Positions 42,606-56,499 of a DNA stretch of 64,000 nucleotides are shown one piece after another (within the stretch, counting starts at the first letter, position 1; every line of letters begins with the position of its first letter). The stretch spans positions 45,384,001 through 45,448,000 of the forward strand of contig OZ024745.1 of assembly GCA_964016885.1 (NCBI GenBank). Reading direction: 5' to 3'. Under the pieces are notes generated by a model, which was given only the letters and a program-made list of their open reading frames with translations, made no database searches and was not told the origin of the DNA. A program made the position numbers and the translations under genes. Source of the stretch: Eledone cirrhosa (taxonomy: Eukaryota).

Positions 42606-43399
42606 GAGAGAAATAGAGGGGGAGAGAGAGTGAGAGAGTGAGAGAGAGATTGGGCGTTATCCATTTAGACTAGTAAAACCATGTTCAGTTAAGTACTCGA
42701 TACGTGGGAAATATAGTGTATGTATAGTGAAAAGTTAATGCCCGACGGGTGAGCTCAGTCCATTTCAACGGCGAGTAAATAATCGAATCATTTTCAGTTA
42801 TTTCCATACGCTGATTCTTCAGGAGCAGGGGGGGGGGTAAGTGGAGAAAAGGGTGTAGTTGGGGAGGAGGAGGAGGAGGGGGGGGAGGGGAGAGGTTACA
42901 GCGTGAACTATTGGAGGAGGAGTCTTTGGCCGATACCCGCATAGTCCCGATGCGGCTACTGTGATGTCAATGCCCTTGTGCATGGATGAGCTCCCGGCGC
43001 TTTGATTTATGCATTATTTACCACGTTTTAGTTGTGTGTATGTGTATGTTTGCGTGCGGACCGGCTGGGTGTCTCCTAAGTGACTCTCTTATAATCAATG
43101 TTTAGACCCTTTATTTGCATGCGCATGAGTCTCTTTATGCACGCAATCATAGGCAGAACATATACACAGCCACACCACCCTTAAGTCGAACGCGTAGGTG
43201 TATGTCCCACAGTTAAACAGCACCCACATGCACATAGCGCTATCACGCCTCGATCAAGTAAGAACATACAACGTTCCCTTTCCCCTTTAGATCCTCATAT
43301 TTTTCTTCACCTACACCATATTTCCCATCTAGTCCCAACACCGAGCAACGGTATTACGCAACCATCTGAGTATCTACAACTACTCTACCTAACTAACCT

Positions 43400-43885
43400 C
43401 ACTATGTAACAGCTACTCAGCAGACGCCCACTCGCACATGTAGCACTGTCTTGTCAGGGTCCCCACAGTCATATGCTGGGCTGTCTTTCATTTTCCAATG
43501 ATGGAGATGATGGGCTGTCCTGGCTTGTGTTATGCGGATCCGATTAAGGGTAACCCATTGCTTCCTAGGAAGGTAAAACCAGGTGGTTTAGATGGGTCCT
43601 GGACGAGGTCTTGGTTGGCAAATTCGGCCTCCTTCCATGATCTTCACCACTCTTCCTTCAGATAAATGTCATTGTCATGAAGGGTTTTCATTCATTCCCA
43701 GAATGGTTTCAAGCGTTTTCCAGGTCTTCGTATGGGGAATGTCGGACATGGATTTGGTAAGAAGTGCTGTCTCACGGATCCTCACCTGACGCCGCATGTG
43801 AGAAGGGGCTATATGGAAAATGTGTGGGCAGCCATTGGGTAGGTGTAGATTTCAGTGTGCCTGATACTTTTCTCATTGCCGAGTT
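43400..43885 (-). mobile_element. Vingi/Ingi-like LINE 3' fragment, degenerate
   Basis: NSAMRKVSGTLKSTPTQWLP, PPGF.LPRKQWV.LNRIR and WKMKDSPAYDCGDPDKTVLH read across frameshifts. Confidence 0.7.
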
Positions 43886-44048
43886 AAGTTAGTTAGAGAG
43901 AGGGGGAAGTGAAGTGAGTGAGAGGGATGGAGGAGGAGGGGAATATATATATAGATGGCTTGACATGGCCGTTGCTATGGGAATAACCGAGTTTTCATTA
44001 AACATTTTAAGTGCACAGCTGTCAAAATCGACACACACACACACACAC

Positions 44049-44089
<41 letters not shown>

Positions 44090-44404
44090 ATGTAAAGCAT
44101 CGAACCTTCAAACGCTGAGGTATTATGAAGGTGTAAAAAACTCAGACGCTGATATAACTGTAATTATAGTCGGTTGCTATAAATATTGGCTGAGAAAATC
44201 CCTTTAGAGGTCATCTTTTAAGTTGACAGAGCATCTGACGGTATCTGAAAGATACTAAGTTCGATTCTTCCTAGTGGCAGCCGGCCACTTTTTTCCGTCC
44301 TTAGGGTTATTTTATTCAAATTTCTAAGCCATTATTTATAGCAACTGCCTTTATTTACAGTCATTTCTGCGTTTGTGATTCTTATATTATATATATATAT
44401 ATAA

Positions 44405-44519
<115 letters not shown>

Positions 44520-44889
44520 AATATGCTTACATACAAACAAGGTACACAGACACACACTCATATATGCATACAGGTAACAGCAGCGATGCCAGAAAACATT
44601 TTAGATCTATTATTCAAGGAAGCTAACTGGATCAATAACTTTGAAGATGTAGCTCCTCCGTGCATTGAAAAGATTAGGTTATCGGAAAGCTAGCTCGTTT
44701 CAGTTATGTCAATCGATAATTTAAGAAACAGCTATAGGACTAGAATTTTCAGGGACAACCTTTAATATATATATAGTCTATGACCTTGGAATCGATTCAT
44801 TTAGATACTATAATCTTTTGCTTACTTTCATTTTCACTAATAACTGCACATCGGAAGTAGTTTTAAATGGACATGAATCTATACAGGAT

Positions 44890-45200
44890 TATTGAACCCC
44901 CGTCTGTCACGTTGATGTGACCAACGGGACAGCTTACTCTGGAAATTAACGCGCAATGACTGAACATTATCCAGGCACCGGTATTTTTAATGCTTTTCTC
45001 ATGACAGTGAGTGACAGGGCTCGTATTTTGAATTACAAGTGCAATACGTCCGATGGACCTCCAAACAGTTTCCGTCTACCAAATTTCATTCACAGAGCAT
45101 AGTTCGACATGGGTCTATGGGAAATGACAGCCTCGCAGTAAGATCGAACCCAGGACCTAATGATTGCTAAGCAAACTTCTTAACTATTTGTTCATGCTAC
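44890..45200 (-). mobile_element. SINE (family C)
   Basis: tRNA-like head on the minus strand (agttaagaagtttgct...gggttcgatc); similar to 6040-6290. Confidence 0.55.
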
Positions 45201-47461
45201 GAATATACATCGAAAATAGTTTTAAATGTTTTAGAATCCACATAAGATTTAATAAAATAAAGAATACTTAACTCTTTCATCTGCAAGAAACTCTATAAGC
45301 TTATCCATTCCTCGTGTAATGGCAGAAAGCATATGGTAATTAATTATTTTGATTCTTCTTTTGTTTTTCAAATTATCATTTTAAATAAGTGACTCAAGAT
45401 ATTGCTATATATTTAAGATTTACTATTTCCTACATGTTTCCAAAGCCATGGTCAGCATGTTTCTGTATCGCCACGTCTTCACCATAGCCTAATTGAACCA
45501 TAGATAATCAATTAATTGATTCTGTTGTTCAATTATTATTCTTTATTTTATGCCAGGAGGATAGAGAAAGAGGATGAAGCAAGGAAAATGAGAGAATCAC
45601 ATATAGTTTTTAAGATAAATATATATAATTTTTACTATACTCCTTGACTTTCTTCCCACTCGAAAGCCATCCGTTCAAATTTGAAATTTATTCTGATTTG
45701 GGAATTTTCGTTCCTTAGTCTTGTAGTTTTACTATGATATATACTTCATCTCTCTGTATGTTCCAGATACACAAGCGAGTTACGTACTCAATATTCAAAT
45801 AAGCTTAAAATATAAATACCATCGACAGCACTATAGATAGATAGATTGCTTTTCGGTATTCGACTAAAATCCCCACCGAAGTCACCTTTGCCTTTCATCT
45901 TGTCGAGGTCAATAAAAAAGTACCAACTAGTATTACGGTCAATTCCTCCTCTATATCTCTTTCTCAGCTCCTCCCTATCACTCCTTCTCTGGAGAAAATT
46001 GGTTGCGGGCAGGCATAGAGAGGAGTCCACGACAGTCCAGTATCGAAGTGTCTGATTCAGAGCAAACCCTAGAACATGAATAGTAACTTGCTATAAGATA
46101 AACGGGTTGAGATTATGAATAAAATTATTATAATATATAAAGTATATTTACTGCTACTGTCTAAAACAGAGAAACGTGACATAGTTTGCTCTTGGTTTGA
46201 TAACTTTAAGATCTGCAAAACTTAGTGCAAACGAATCTTCATCAGTAAATATAAGAATTGTTTTTCTACATAATTTACGATACAGTTTATATTTCGAAAG
46301 TTGTTAATGTTCGCCTACACATTGGCTCAATTGAACGTATCATGTTCTTGAATATAAAGAAATAACAAATAAGGAAATTAATTCAGAATTAATTATGAAA
46401 GCATGTCTCAGAATCCAATCATGTTAAATCTTTAAACTTGAACAATTATAATTACAAAATAACCATTTATTTCCTTTGTATGTTGTATGTTATCATATTC
46501 ACATATTTAAAAGAGCAAACATTCTAAGTACTTAGAGCATCGAAATAAAAAATCTCGCCAATTTATTTACCAACAAAATTGGAAATACGAGTCTTGTTAG
46601 AAAATGTACTAGGCATTTAATCATTGGACTGTCTACGTGGTTTTTACAATTAATTTTATGCGATTCGTCCTTGTGATTTTATTGTTGAGGTACCGTAATA
46701 AGCTTTCCTTGTTACTGAAACAAGTAATTTAAGACTTTAAATAGAATTATGATAACTGGAACTATAACAATAACAACAGAAGCAAAAAGAAAAACAAACA
46801 CACTCTACAAGCGAGGAATGTAATGAAAACAATAAAACATTAAAAATGGTAGAAATAAAATGATAAAGAAAATCTCTAGAAAATTTTGAAAATCAACAAC
46901 TATAACAATAATATTCGAAATGTCAACAAGAGCAATAATAACAGAAACCTAACAACAACAAAATTAGCTATGCACTAAATTAGCACCAACAATATTAGCG
47001 CCTTCTCCCACTACGAAAACATGAAATACAACAACAAATCAAAGTAAAATGTATAAAAAGCAACAGATATGTGACATTTCCGAACGAGCAACACATAGGA
47101 TTAAAACAGTAATTCAGTTACTACCTAATGCAGCATGGCGAACAGCGTGGGTAGAAATATCAAACAGAACTACTTGAGAGTCATGTCAGGTAAGTTCTAG
47201 GTATTTCATCAAATGTCAAAAGTAGGCTCACCACTCAGTACATTACATAAGCTTCTAACATCTATACGTTATTACCTCACTAAACTAATAATTCGCGAAA
47301 GTAGTTAGCTGTTTACCGATCTTAAATGGGCAATTAACTTGAAAAGAATATTATCATATTTAGTGCTGATCAAAGATTTCATTAGCTATAAAGGTCTTTG
47401 AATACAACTCATCTATTTTTATTGGTTTTCAACTTCTCTGTGTATTTTCATTCTCAACGTA

Positions 47462-47668
47462 GGGTGGTGGATTGGCAATGTCTTTATAGCGTCGGAAAAA
47501 TGTTTTAATATTTACGATATATAGTTACGACTTCTTATGCATTGAGTTCAAATCCTGCCGAGGTCAACTTTTGATAGAACAAAGTAACAGTAAATTATAA
47601 TGGTTTATATAATGGATTTTCTCTTCCCAACAGCATGCTGGACTTGTGCCTGAATTAGAAATTATTAT
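47462..47668 (+). mobile_element. Older SINE family A copy
   Basis: ggtggattggca...gagttcaaatcctgccgaggtcaacttt...cttgtgcctgaattagaaattatta. Confidence 0.7.
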
Positions 47669-48833
47669 CAATATAGGATGACGTGGTTTTGCTTATATAT
47701 ATTTGACTTATACAAACATTTTAAACATAGGAACTAAGCTCTTATAATAGAACGTACGAAAATCCTTTCCAGCAATAAACACTATCTTAATACTAAGAAA
47801 TATTTCCTATGTTTTAATACATACATGGTGAATATAGTTCTCTCGCCTACCTATTGAAATAGCAAGTAGATAGTTGAGTAGTCCACAGACATATGTATCC
47901 ATTACATAATTCGTAGTGAGAATCAGTGTGACATGGTGTATGTCAAGCCTGGCACCTTGGATTATATGTATCGTCAATTTGTCATATTTCCGTATATTTT
48001 CTGTCTATCCAACTTCACTCACACGGCTTGGGTTTAGCGTCGCCTGTAATGAAAAACCTATCCGGTTGATGGGCAATGATTTATTCACAAACGTTATAGC
48101 TCACAAACACACTGTTTCTCCTCTCTGCTTCTTTTACAATCAATATAATGGTCAAATATTCTCTGAATTGCCTAGAAATATACATTATACATACGAATAT
48201 TTCTACCCAATATGTTGTTCACTAAATATTACACAAACTTCATATTTAGAACTGTTTAGCACTTGAAAGATTTGAAACGAACCTACAGATGATGGAACTA
48301 AACAACACCCACGTAAAAGTTATTAGTGTTAGAATACTGTGACGATAACTATCAATACTCCCACAGCATCTGATAAAAGTTTGAAACGAACCTTCTTTTC
48401 TTATAACACCATGTTTTCTGCGTTATCTTTATTTAATATATTATAACCATCGTTTTTACATTCATGATGATTTGATCGAACGATCGATATATTCATCACC
48501 CAACCTACACAATAGTAACAAGACAAACGTGTTCTAGGACATCATAATTACACCTGCACTCAGCCTCTTGGTGCCCAGACCTACACAAGAGAAAAATTAT
48601 CTGTATTTAACTGTTAAGATACAGATTAATCTTCCAGATACTATAATCAGTATCATTATAACTAACGGAATGAAAACATTCAAAACCTGAGTGCAGAAGC
48701 ACTAGACATCTGACGCCCTCCCCCACCGAGAAAAAATAGAGCCATCCAGTGATTGGTCTCCTGAATCCATTTGATCACTAAGCTGTTGTTAAATAATGTA
48801 TGTATGTATGTATGTATGTATGTATGTATATAT

Positions 48834-50040
48834 GTCAGGTCACCAGTTGGTGCTACTGGTAACATGTATCCCAGTACAACCTGTCCCATGGTCGGGTCGT
48901 TGGCGACTAAACTGGCAACCCCACCAAGGTTTCTTGGTGAGGAGGGTGACTTTGGACATCCTGCAGGACTAAAAACAAAACCTGTCAAAGGGCAAAGGAG
49001 CTCTTAAGAGTCAATGGCCATCCAAAATCACCGGGAGAGATGACCCCTTAGCCTTTGTCAAGGCAGAATTCTAGGAGAAGGAAAACTCTGATATAACACC
49101 TGCAACCCTGATGGTATCCAATGATGTTGACTTGTTCTTCTTTTTGGTAAATATCATCTTGGTTAAGAGAGTGGGACTGGCTTTGCGCAGTGCCTTTGCT
49201 CACTATAAAAGCTTCACGGCACAGGCATTGCTTTATATCTGGAGATCTCTCTGCACTTGTCGTCACATGGTACCATGGGCCCAGCACTATGTGTCAGTAA
49301 TTGTCACAAGTGTAGTGTTTGTACCAGAGTTTTCAAGTCGCTGGCTGGACTAAAAAGTCACACTCGTTCAGCGCATCGGTAGGGGTTCTCCTACATGGAT
49401 ATAAAGTAGTGGCCGTACTCGAAAACGAGTTGGCAGCCACCATATATATATGTATGTATATATATATGTATGTATATGTATATGTATGTATATATATATG
49501 TATGTATGTATATATATGTATGTATATGTATATGTATGTATATATATATGTATGTATATATATATGTATGTGTATGTGTATGTATGTGTATATATATGTA
49601 TGTGTATATATATGTATGTATATATATATGTATGTATATATATATGTATGTATATATATATGTATGTATATATATATGTATGTATATGTATATGTATGTA
49701 TATATATATGTATGTATATGTATATGTATGTATATATATATGTATGTATATGTATATGTATGTATATATATATGTATGTATATATATATGTATGTATATA
49801 TATATGTATGTATATGTATATGTATGTATATATATATGTATGTATATGTGTATGTATGTATATGTATATGTATGTATGTGTATATGTATGTATATGTATG
49901 TATGTATATGTATGTATGTATATGTATATATGTATGTATATGTATATATGTATGTATATATATATGTATGTATATATATATATGTATGTATATATATATA
50001 TGTATGTGTATGTGTATGTATGTATGTATATATATATATG

Positions 50041-50072
<32 letters not shown>

Positions 50073-50122
50073 TATGTATGTATATGTATATATGTATGTA
50101 TATGTATATATGTATGTATATG

Positions 50123-50155
<33 letters not shown>

Positions 50156-50213
50156 GTATATATATATATATGATGTATATATATATATGTATGTATATAT
50201 ATATATGTATGTA

Positions 50214-50249
<36 letters not shown>

Positions 50250-52050
50250 TGTATGTATGTATATATATATGTATGTATATATGTATGTATGTATGTATAT
50301 GTATATGTATGTATATGTGTGTGTATATATGTATGTATATGTGTATGTATATATATATGTATATATGTATGTATATATATATGTATATATGTATGTATAT
50401 ATGTATGTATATATGTATGTGTCAGGTCACCAGTTGGTGCTACTGGTAACATGTATCCCAGTACAACCTGTCTCATGGTCGGGTCGTTGGCGACTAAACT
50501 GGCAACCCCACCAAGGTTTCTTGGTGAGGAGGGTGGCTTTGGACATCCTGCAGGACTAAAAACAAAACCTGTCAAAAGGCAAAGGGGCTCTTAACAGTCA
50601 ATAGCCATCCAAAATCACCGGGAGAGATGACCCCTTAGCCTTTGTCAAGGCAGAATTCTAGGAGAAGGAAAACTCTGATATAACACCTGCAACCCTGATG
50701 GTATCCAATGATGTTGAATTGTTCTTCTTTTTGGTAAATATCATCTTGGTTAAGAGAGTGGGACTGGCTTTGTGCAGTGCCTTTGCTCACTATAAAAGCT
50801 TCACAGCACAGGCATTGCTTTATATCTGGAGATCTCTCTGCACTTGTCGTCACATGGTACCATGGGCCCAGCACTATGTGTCAATAATTGTCACAAGTGT
50901 AGTGTTTGTACCAGAGTTTTCAAGTCGCTGGCTGGACTAAAAAGTCACACTCGTTCAGCGCATCGGTAGGAGTTCTCCTACATGGATATAAAGTAGTGGC
51001 CGTACTCGAAAACGAGTTGGCAGCCACCATATATATATGTATATATGTATGTATCCCAGTACAACCTGTCCCATGGTCGGGTCGTTGGCGACTAAACTGG
51101 CAACCCCGCCAAGGTTTCTTGGTGAGGAGGGTGACTTTGGACATCCTGCAGGACTAAAAACAAAACCTGTCAAAGGGCAAAGGAACTCTTAAGAGTCAAT
51201 GGCCATCCAAAATCACCGGGAGAGATGACCCCTTAGCCTTTGTCAAGGCAGAATTCTAGGAGAAGGAAAACTCTGATATAACACCTGCAACCCTGATGGT
51301 ATCCAATGATGTTGACTTGTTCTTCTTTTTGGTAAATATCATCTTGGTTAAGAGAGTGGGACTGGCTTTGTGCAGTGCCTTTGCTCACTATAAAAGCTTC
51401 ACGGCACAGGCATTGCTTTGTATCTGGAGATCTCTCTGCACTTGTCATCACAGGGTACCATGGGCCCAGCACTATGTGTCAGTAATTGTCACAAGTGTAG
51501 TGTTTGTACCAAAGTTTTCAAGTCGCTGGCTGGACTAAAAAGTCACACTCGTTCAGCGCATCAGTAGGGGTTCTCCTACATGGATATAAAGTAGTGGCCG
51601 TACTCGAAAACGAGTTGGCAGCCACCATGTATGTATGTATGTATGTATGTATGTATGTATGTATGTATGTATGTATATTCTAGGAGAAGGAAAACTCTGA
51701 TATAACACCTGCAACCCTGATGGTATCCAATGATGTTGACTTGTTCTTCTTTTTGGTAAATATCATCTTGGTTAAGAGAGTGGGACTGGCTTTGTGCAGT
51801 GACTTTGCTCACTATAAAAGCTTCACGGCACAGGCATTGCTTTATATCTGGAGATCACTCTGCACTTGTCGTCACATGGTACTATGGGCCCAGCACTATG
51901 TGTCAATAATTGTCACAAGTGTAGTGTATGTACCAGAGTTTTCAAGTCGCTAGCTGGACTAAAAAGTCACACTCGTTCAGCGCATCGGTAGGAGTTCTCC
52001 TACATGGATATAAAGTAGTGGCCGTACTCGAAAACGAGTTGGCAGCCACC
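48834..52050 (+). mobile_element. Head-to-tail array of four copies of the RTE-derived element, separated by (ATGT)/(AT) microsatellite
   Basis: Copies at 48834-49441, 50421-51028, 51049-51626 (5'-truncated) and 51677-52050 (5'-truncated). Confidence 0.92.
49442..50420. repeat. About 1-kb compound (TATG)/(TA) microsatellite
   Basis: Directly visible; it is the source of the long spurious ORFs here. Confidence 0.97.
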
Positions 52051-53701
52051 ATGTATGTATGTATGTATATATGTATGTATGTATGTAGGTAGGTAGGTAG
52101 GTAGGTAGGTAGGTAGGTAGGTATGTAGGTAGGTTGGTAGGTAAGTATGTGTATGAATGTGTACTTATGTATGCACGTCCAACATCGTGACTAAGTTTGA
52201 ATAACCTTCCCGTTGAATGCTATCTTCTCTCATTATCCTTGTAACTCACACTTTATAATTGTTTTCCTTTACTTCCTTTCTATCCCTATTTTAATCGACA
52301 TTTTAAATTACAAATATATAGAGTATAATGTTTCTAAAGCAAGATACATACCGTTTGTTCTGTAATAGTAAAAATAACAACCACTACGATAACAACAACT
52401 ATAATAACAATATTTATTTAACGTTTGATAAGAATCAAAAGATAAAATAGAAAGAAAAGCTAAAACAAATAAATGAAATTTCATTAATAGAAAATTCGTA
52501 GGATAAGGTAAAGAAACAAAATAGACGAAAATATATGAATGAAGTTGTAGACAGTTGAAAAAGAAGATAAGCGTAAGGGACCTTTGGACTGTTAATATCT
52601 CGTATTTCGCGTATTGTAGCCCAATAGAAATAGTTTGTTTGTTGTTAGCGAGATAAGTCACAGTTATCACTTCATTTCCAGTATTTCCACCATGCACAAA
52701 TGTACATACAAGCCCATTTTATATGCACTCATACAGATATAAGTACAAATATATGTTACACTGATAGAAACATTTTAAAAACTATAAGTAGCATATCTAT
52801 TTTCAAGCCTACATTAAATGGAAGGTGTGTTGAAATGTTACTTCATTCAGATATATAGGAGTGTGGTAAAATAGAATTGCTAAATTTAATAATTTCCCAA
52901 GACAATTAAAGACCCATGTGACATGGAAATGAAAACGACATTCATTTTCTATTTATATTAATCTCTATGGTTGTGGTGCAACCAGGCTTTTTTCCACATC
53001 TCCTTAATTACAAGATACACACACCACAATAGAATTATGTATTGGTCCTATTTTTTTAAGTGACATGAAGTTGTCTCTGAAAGGTATACCAATTATTGGC
53101 TTTCTCTATTAAAACTAGACTGCTGATAAAAATCTTAATCATCAACAAAATATTCTGATAGGATATCTAAAACATATCAGTATTTGAATTAAATATTACT
53201 TTACTCAGTAACAATTTTACACTTTAATGTTGATGCTCAAATGTTCAATGTATGCCAGCCTAACGAATAGATATCAATGATTCCTCCAATGTTACTTTTT
53301 TTCTTAGTATTCCACGTATAAGTTCCACAAAATAGTTCGATGCATTACACTGATAAACTTTTAAAATATGTCTTACAATTTATCTGATTATTAAGTGGGG
53401 ATCAGTTAAAGTTGAAAATACGTCGCAAAATCCGAGTCAAACTATTATAAGAATATATAAGAATATACCAACTAAACTGCTATGGACTACACATTCCGTT
53501 CTGCAGATGATTGTCAACGTCACACTTAATAATGTTTTGTATTTTTTGCTAAATGCAGATAAATTTACTATTGAATTTATCTATGAGTAAGCATAAGAAA
53601 GTTTTCCTAAACACAATCATTGAGTCAGGTTTTCACAATGAAGGAAACATATTTTTGAAGCTTACAGAGAAAATTTAAATGTCTTTTCTCACTCTTTTCA
53701 G

Positions 53702-53961
53702 GAACAAATCTCAGGAAAGGATTACATGTTCAAGATTTCTTTGAAGTGCAGCAGAATACATCTTTTTTATATTTGAAATCACCTTTAAATCGCGAGGACA
53801 TTGAACAATTGGATTTCACTATTTTATGTACAGTACATTTACCAAATCAAGAAGTTTCTACTTTTAAAAGAAACATTAGAGTGTTTATAGGGGACGTTGA
53901 TGATAATCCACCATTATTTCAAACGTTACAGCATTTTCAGAGAACTCTTGACCGATCGAAG
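53702..53961 (+). CDS. Ret: RET-like exon (cadherin repeat with Ca-binding motifs; equivalent to RET exon 4)
   Basis: Acceptor cttttcag|GA and donor gaag|gtaaac, phase 1 to 0. LKSPLNREDIEQLDFTILCTVH...VFIGDVDDNPPLF has the LxRE and DxDDNxP cadherin motifs and matches RET LDREQREKYELVAVCTVH...VYDEDDSAPTF. Confidence 0.9.
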
Positions 53962-54099
53962 GTAAACATTTCCAAAGATATTAATATAAACGTGTAGAAT
54001 ATCGGTAATAAAATTGTTAATGAGCATATATATTCCTTAAACAGAGAAAATAGAAATATTTATTGCTATATCTTTTTCAATTTGATTTATCCCGTTATT

Positions 54100-54585
54100 A
54101 GTATAGCATAGATATAGCCACAGATGGAAGACAGGTTGTAACTAATTAAAAAACCATTGATGATTACATAAATAGGAAAAAGAAAGATAAAAGCAAAATT
54201 AAGTAAAGAAAACCAGGGGGAAGGGGTAAAGAAGGGCAGATCTGGCTGTATGGGAAAGTAGAGGAAAGGACTATAAATGCCATACATGAGAGGAAAAGGA
54301 GGGGAAAAGCAAGGAATCTAGGGCCACAGAAGAAAAGGAGAGGGTGATGGGTTCCGGGGCTAGGGTGGGGCGGTGTTGGGGCTGTGCCCCACGTACAGAA
54401 CTGCAAAGGCATTTCCGCAGACAATTGCCACTGACACCCGCTGTAACAGCCACCACGCCTGAGGTCGTGATGGTGACCGGTACGAAGAGGAAGTGGGCAG
54501 ACAATCCCCGATATTTGTTCGTCTTCCTGCCCTCTGCATTGCGGGTCGCTGTACCGGGGTTTGTAGCCGAAACGTCTAAGTTTGA
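54100..54585 (-). mobile_element. CRE-clade (RLE-type) LINE 3' fragment
   Basis: AEGRKTNKYRGLSAHFLFVPVTITTSGV then, in a shifted frame, SVAIVCGNAFAVL; these are C-terminal restriction-like endonuclease motifs. Confidence 0.65.
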
Positions 54586-54716
54586 GGCGGAGAACCTCAC
54601 TGACAACGAGTCCGGAGAGTTTTACTGACTATGCTGATGATACTTTTATTAACGCTTTAAACATTTGTCAGTATAATTGCTAATTGCAGAGCTTTATATA
54701 GTGATATATATTTCAG

Positions 54717-54909
54717 CCTATGAAAAGCTTATCAGCTGTTGTAACTGACCGAGACATGGCATCAGCTGACGAATATGAAGTGACGGTTCGAAACGACCCT
54801 CTTGGCATTGTAAAGAATATTACAAAAAGGGAATTTCACCATGGGCAACTAGTGGACCAAAAACGTGTTGCGAACAGTCCCATGGCAACCAGTATTGCAG
54901 CAGTAATTG
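54717..54909 (+). CDS. Ret: RET-like exon (start of CLD3; equivalent to RET exon 5)
   Basis: Acceptor atttcag|CCT and donor attg|gtaagg, phase 0 to 1, 193 nt. PMKSLSAVVTDRDMASADEYEVTV contains the cadherin DxD motif and is in frame with the previous exon. Confidence 0.8.
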
Positions 54910-55581
54910 GTAAGGGTATTCTTACTTTTATTTAAATGTTATTTACTAATGTATATTTCTTTATATATCATTTTATTTTATTTTATTTTATTTTATCTAT
55001 GTATTTATCTGTTTATTTATTTATTTTATTTTATCTATGTTTTTATTTGTTTGTTTATTTATATATTTATTTATTTATTTATATATTTATTTCTATTATT
55101 ACTTATATAAATATTTATTTGCCTTTATGATTTCAGAAATATCATAGCCACAACTTTTGTTCTTGTATAGCTTACAAATGCTACATCTGCGTAGATATCT
55201 ACATAAATACTCAAGGTGAACGAATCCCATAAAACGTTTACTTAGCAATATTTATAGACACTAGTTTGTTCACATAAGAAATTGTTCATATTGCGGTTTG
55301 TTTTTCTCATAATGTATTACTTGCGTTATTGTATAATCCGACACAAAAGAAAAGGCTTCGATAAAAATAACTGTAGTAAAATAGGCATAATTTTGCATCG
55401 CATTTTGTAAAAAATCGAATCATGGTTTACACATTTCAAATGGGCCATTAACCTGATCACTACCTTTACGGTGGTAATAGTTGCAATAAATGGTCAAATA
55501 TCACAAGAAAAAGTCATTTGGAATTAACGGCGTGTTGGCTTTCTCTCCGATGGTTGCATCTTTCGCTGATTTACTTCGCCG

Positions 55582-55691
<110 letters not shown>

Positions 55692-56499
55692 GCATATGTA
55701 TGTGTGTGTATGTGTGTGTACAGACATCCATACATATGTACATGCATACAGCGATCTTTTACACAGGTTCCATTTACCAAATTCCAATCACAATTGTTCA
55801 CTCCGTGGCTACAGTTGTTGACCCTTTTCCAAGTTGCAAATGAGTCGGAAAAATTCTTCGAACCACATTATTGCTAACTTCATAACCGCGCCGCCATGTT
55901 TAGTTAAATGTCAGTTTAGTGTTTTTCACAAAATTAACATAAACATATCGGTTATCTTAATACAAGTGATAGCTATATTTAAATCAATTCACATATGAAA
56001 TAGCGTTAATAGTTTCAATCGAAAACGTGTGAATGTTGAAGAGTGAGTGGATTTGATAGATTTGATATTGTAGTTGCAGTTGCACAGATAATAGGAAAAT
56101 AGCTAATGGTGATGGCTTTAATTTAAAAAGACTTTCATTGATTATTTTAAAAGGATATATATTTTTACTGCTTTGCAATGTTTCTTCAAATAAAGAATTA
56201 CCAAAACAAAAACTTTCCGAAAATTATAAAGCAATTTCCCAAATGCGCTTTCCAACAAAGCAGGCAAGTAAACTAAATATTTAATTTCGATGCGCAACAG
56301 TAGCAAGGTATCATTTCACACATATAAAGGTGGTTTCTGTTGAACTAAATATTGCAAGATCTTTGCAATATAATTTTCTGGAACAACCTCGTTTTTATTA
56401 TCTCCAAGGATAACCTATAATTTGAAGCTGATTAAATGTGATGTCAGATAAACTAACGTAATTGTATACACAATTTTTGAGCTAATCGTTCCATAAAAT

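Noticed and set aside
49319-50594. Long ORFs of 284-394 aa on both strands
   Set aside because: They are translations of (TATG)/(TA) microsatellite (Y/I/M/V/C/H/T only), not genes.
48834-52050. Repeat-spacer appearance suggesting a CRISPR-like array
   Set aside because: Units are ~600-bp retroelement copies separated by microsatellite, with no short repeats, unique spacers or cas genes, in a eukaryotic context.
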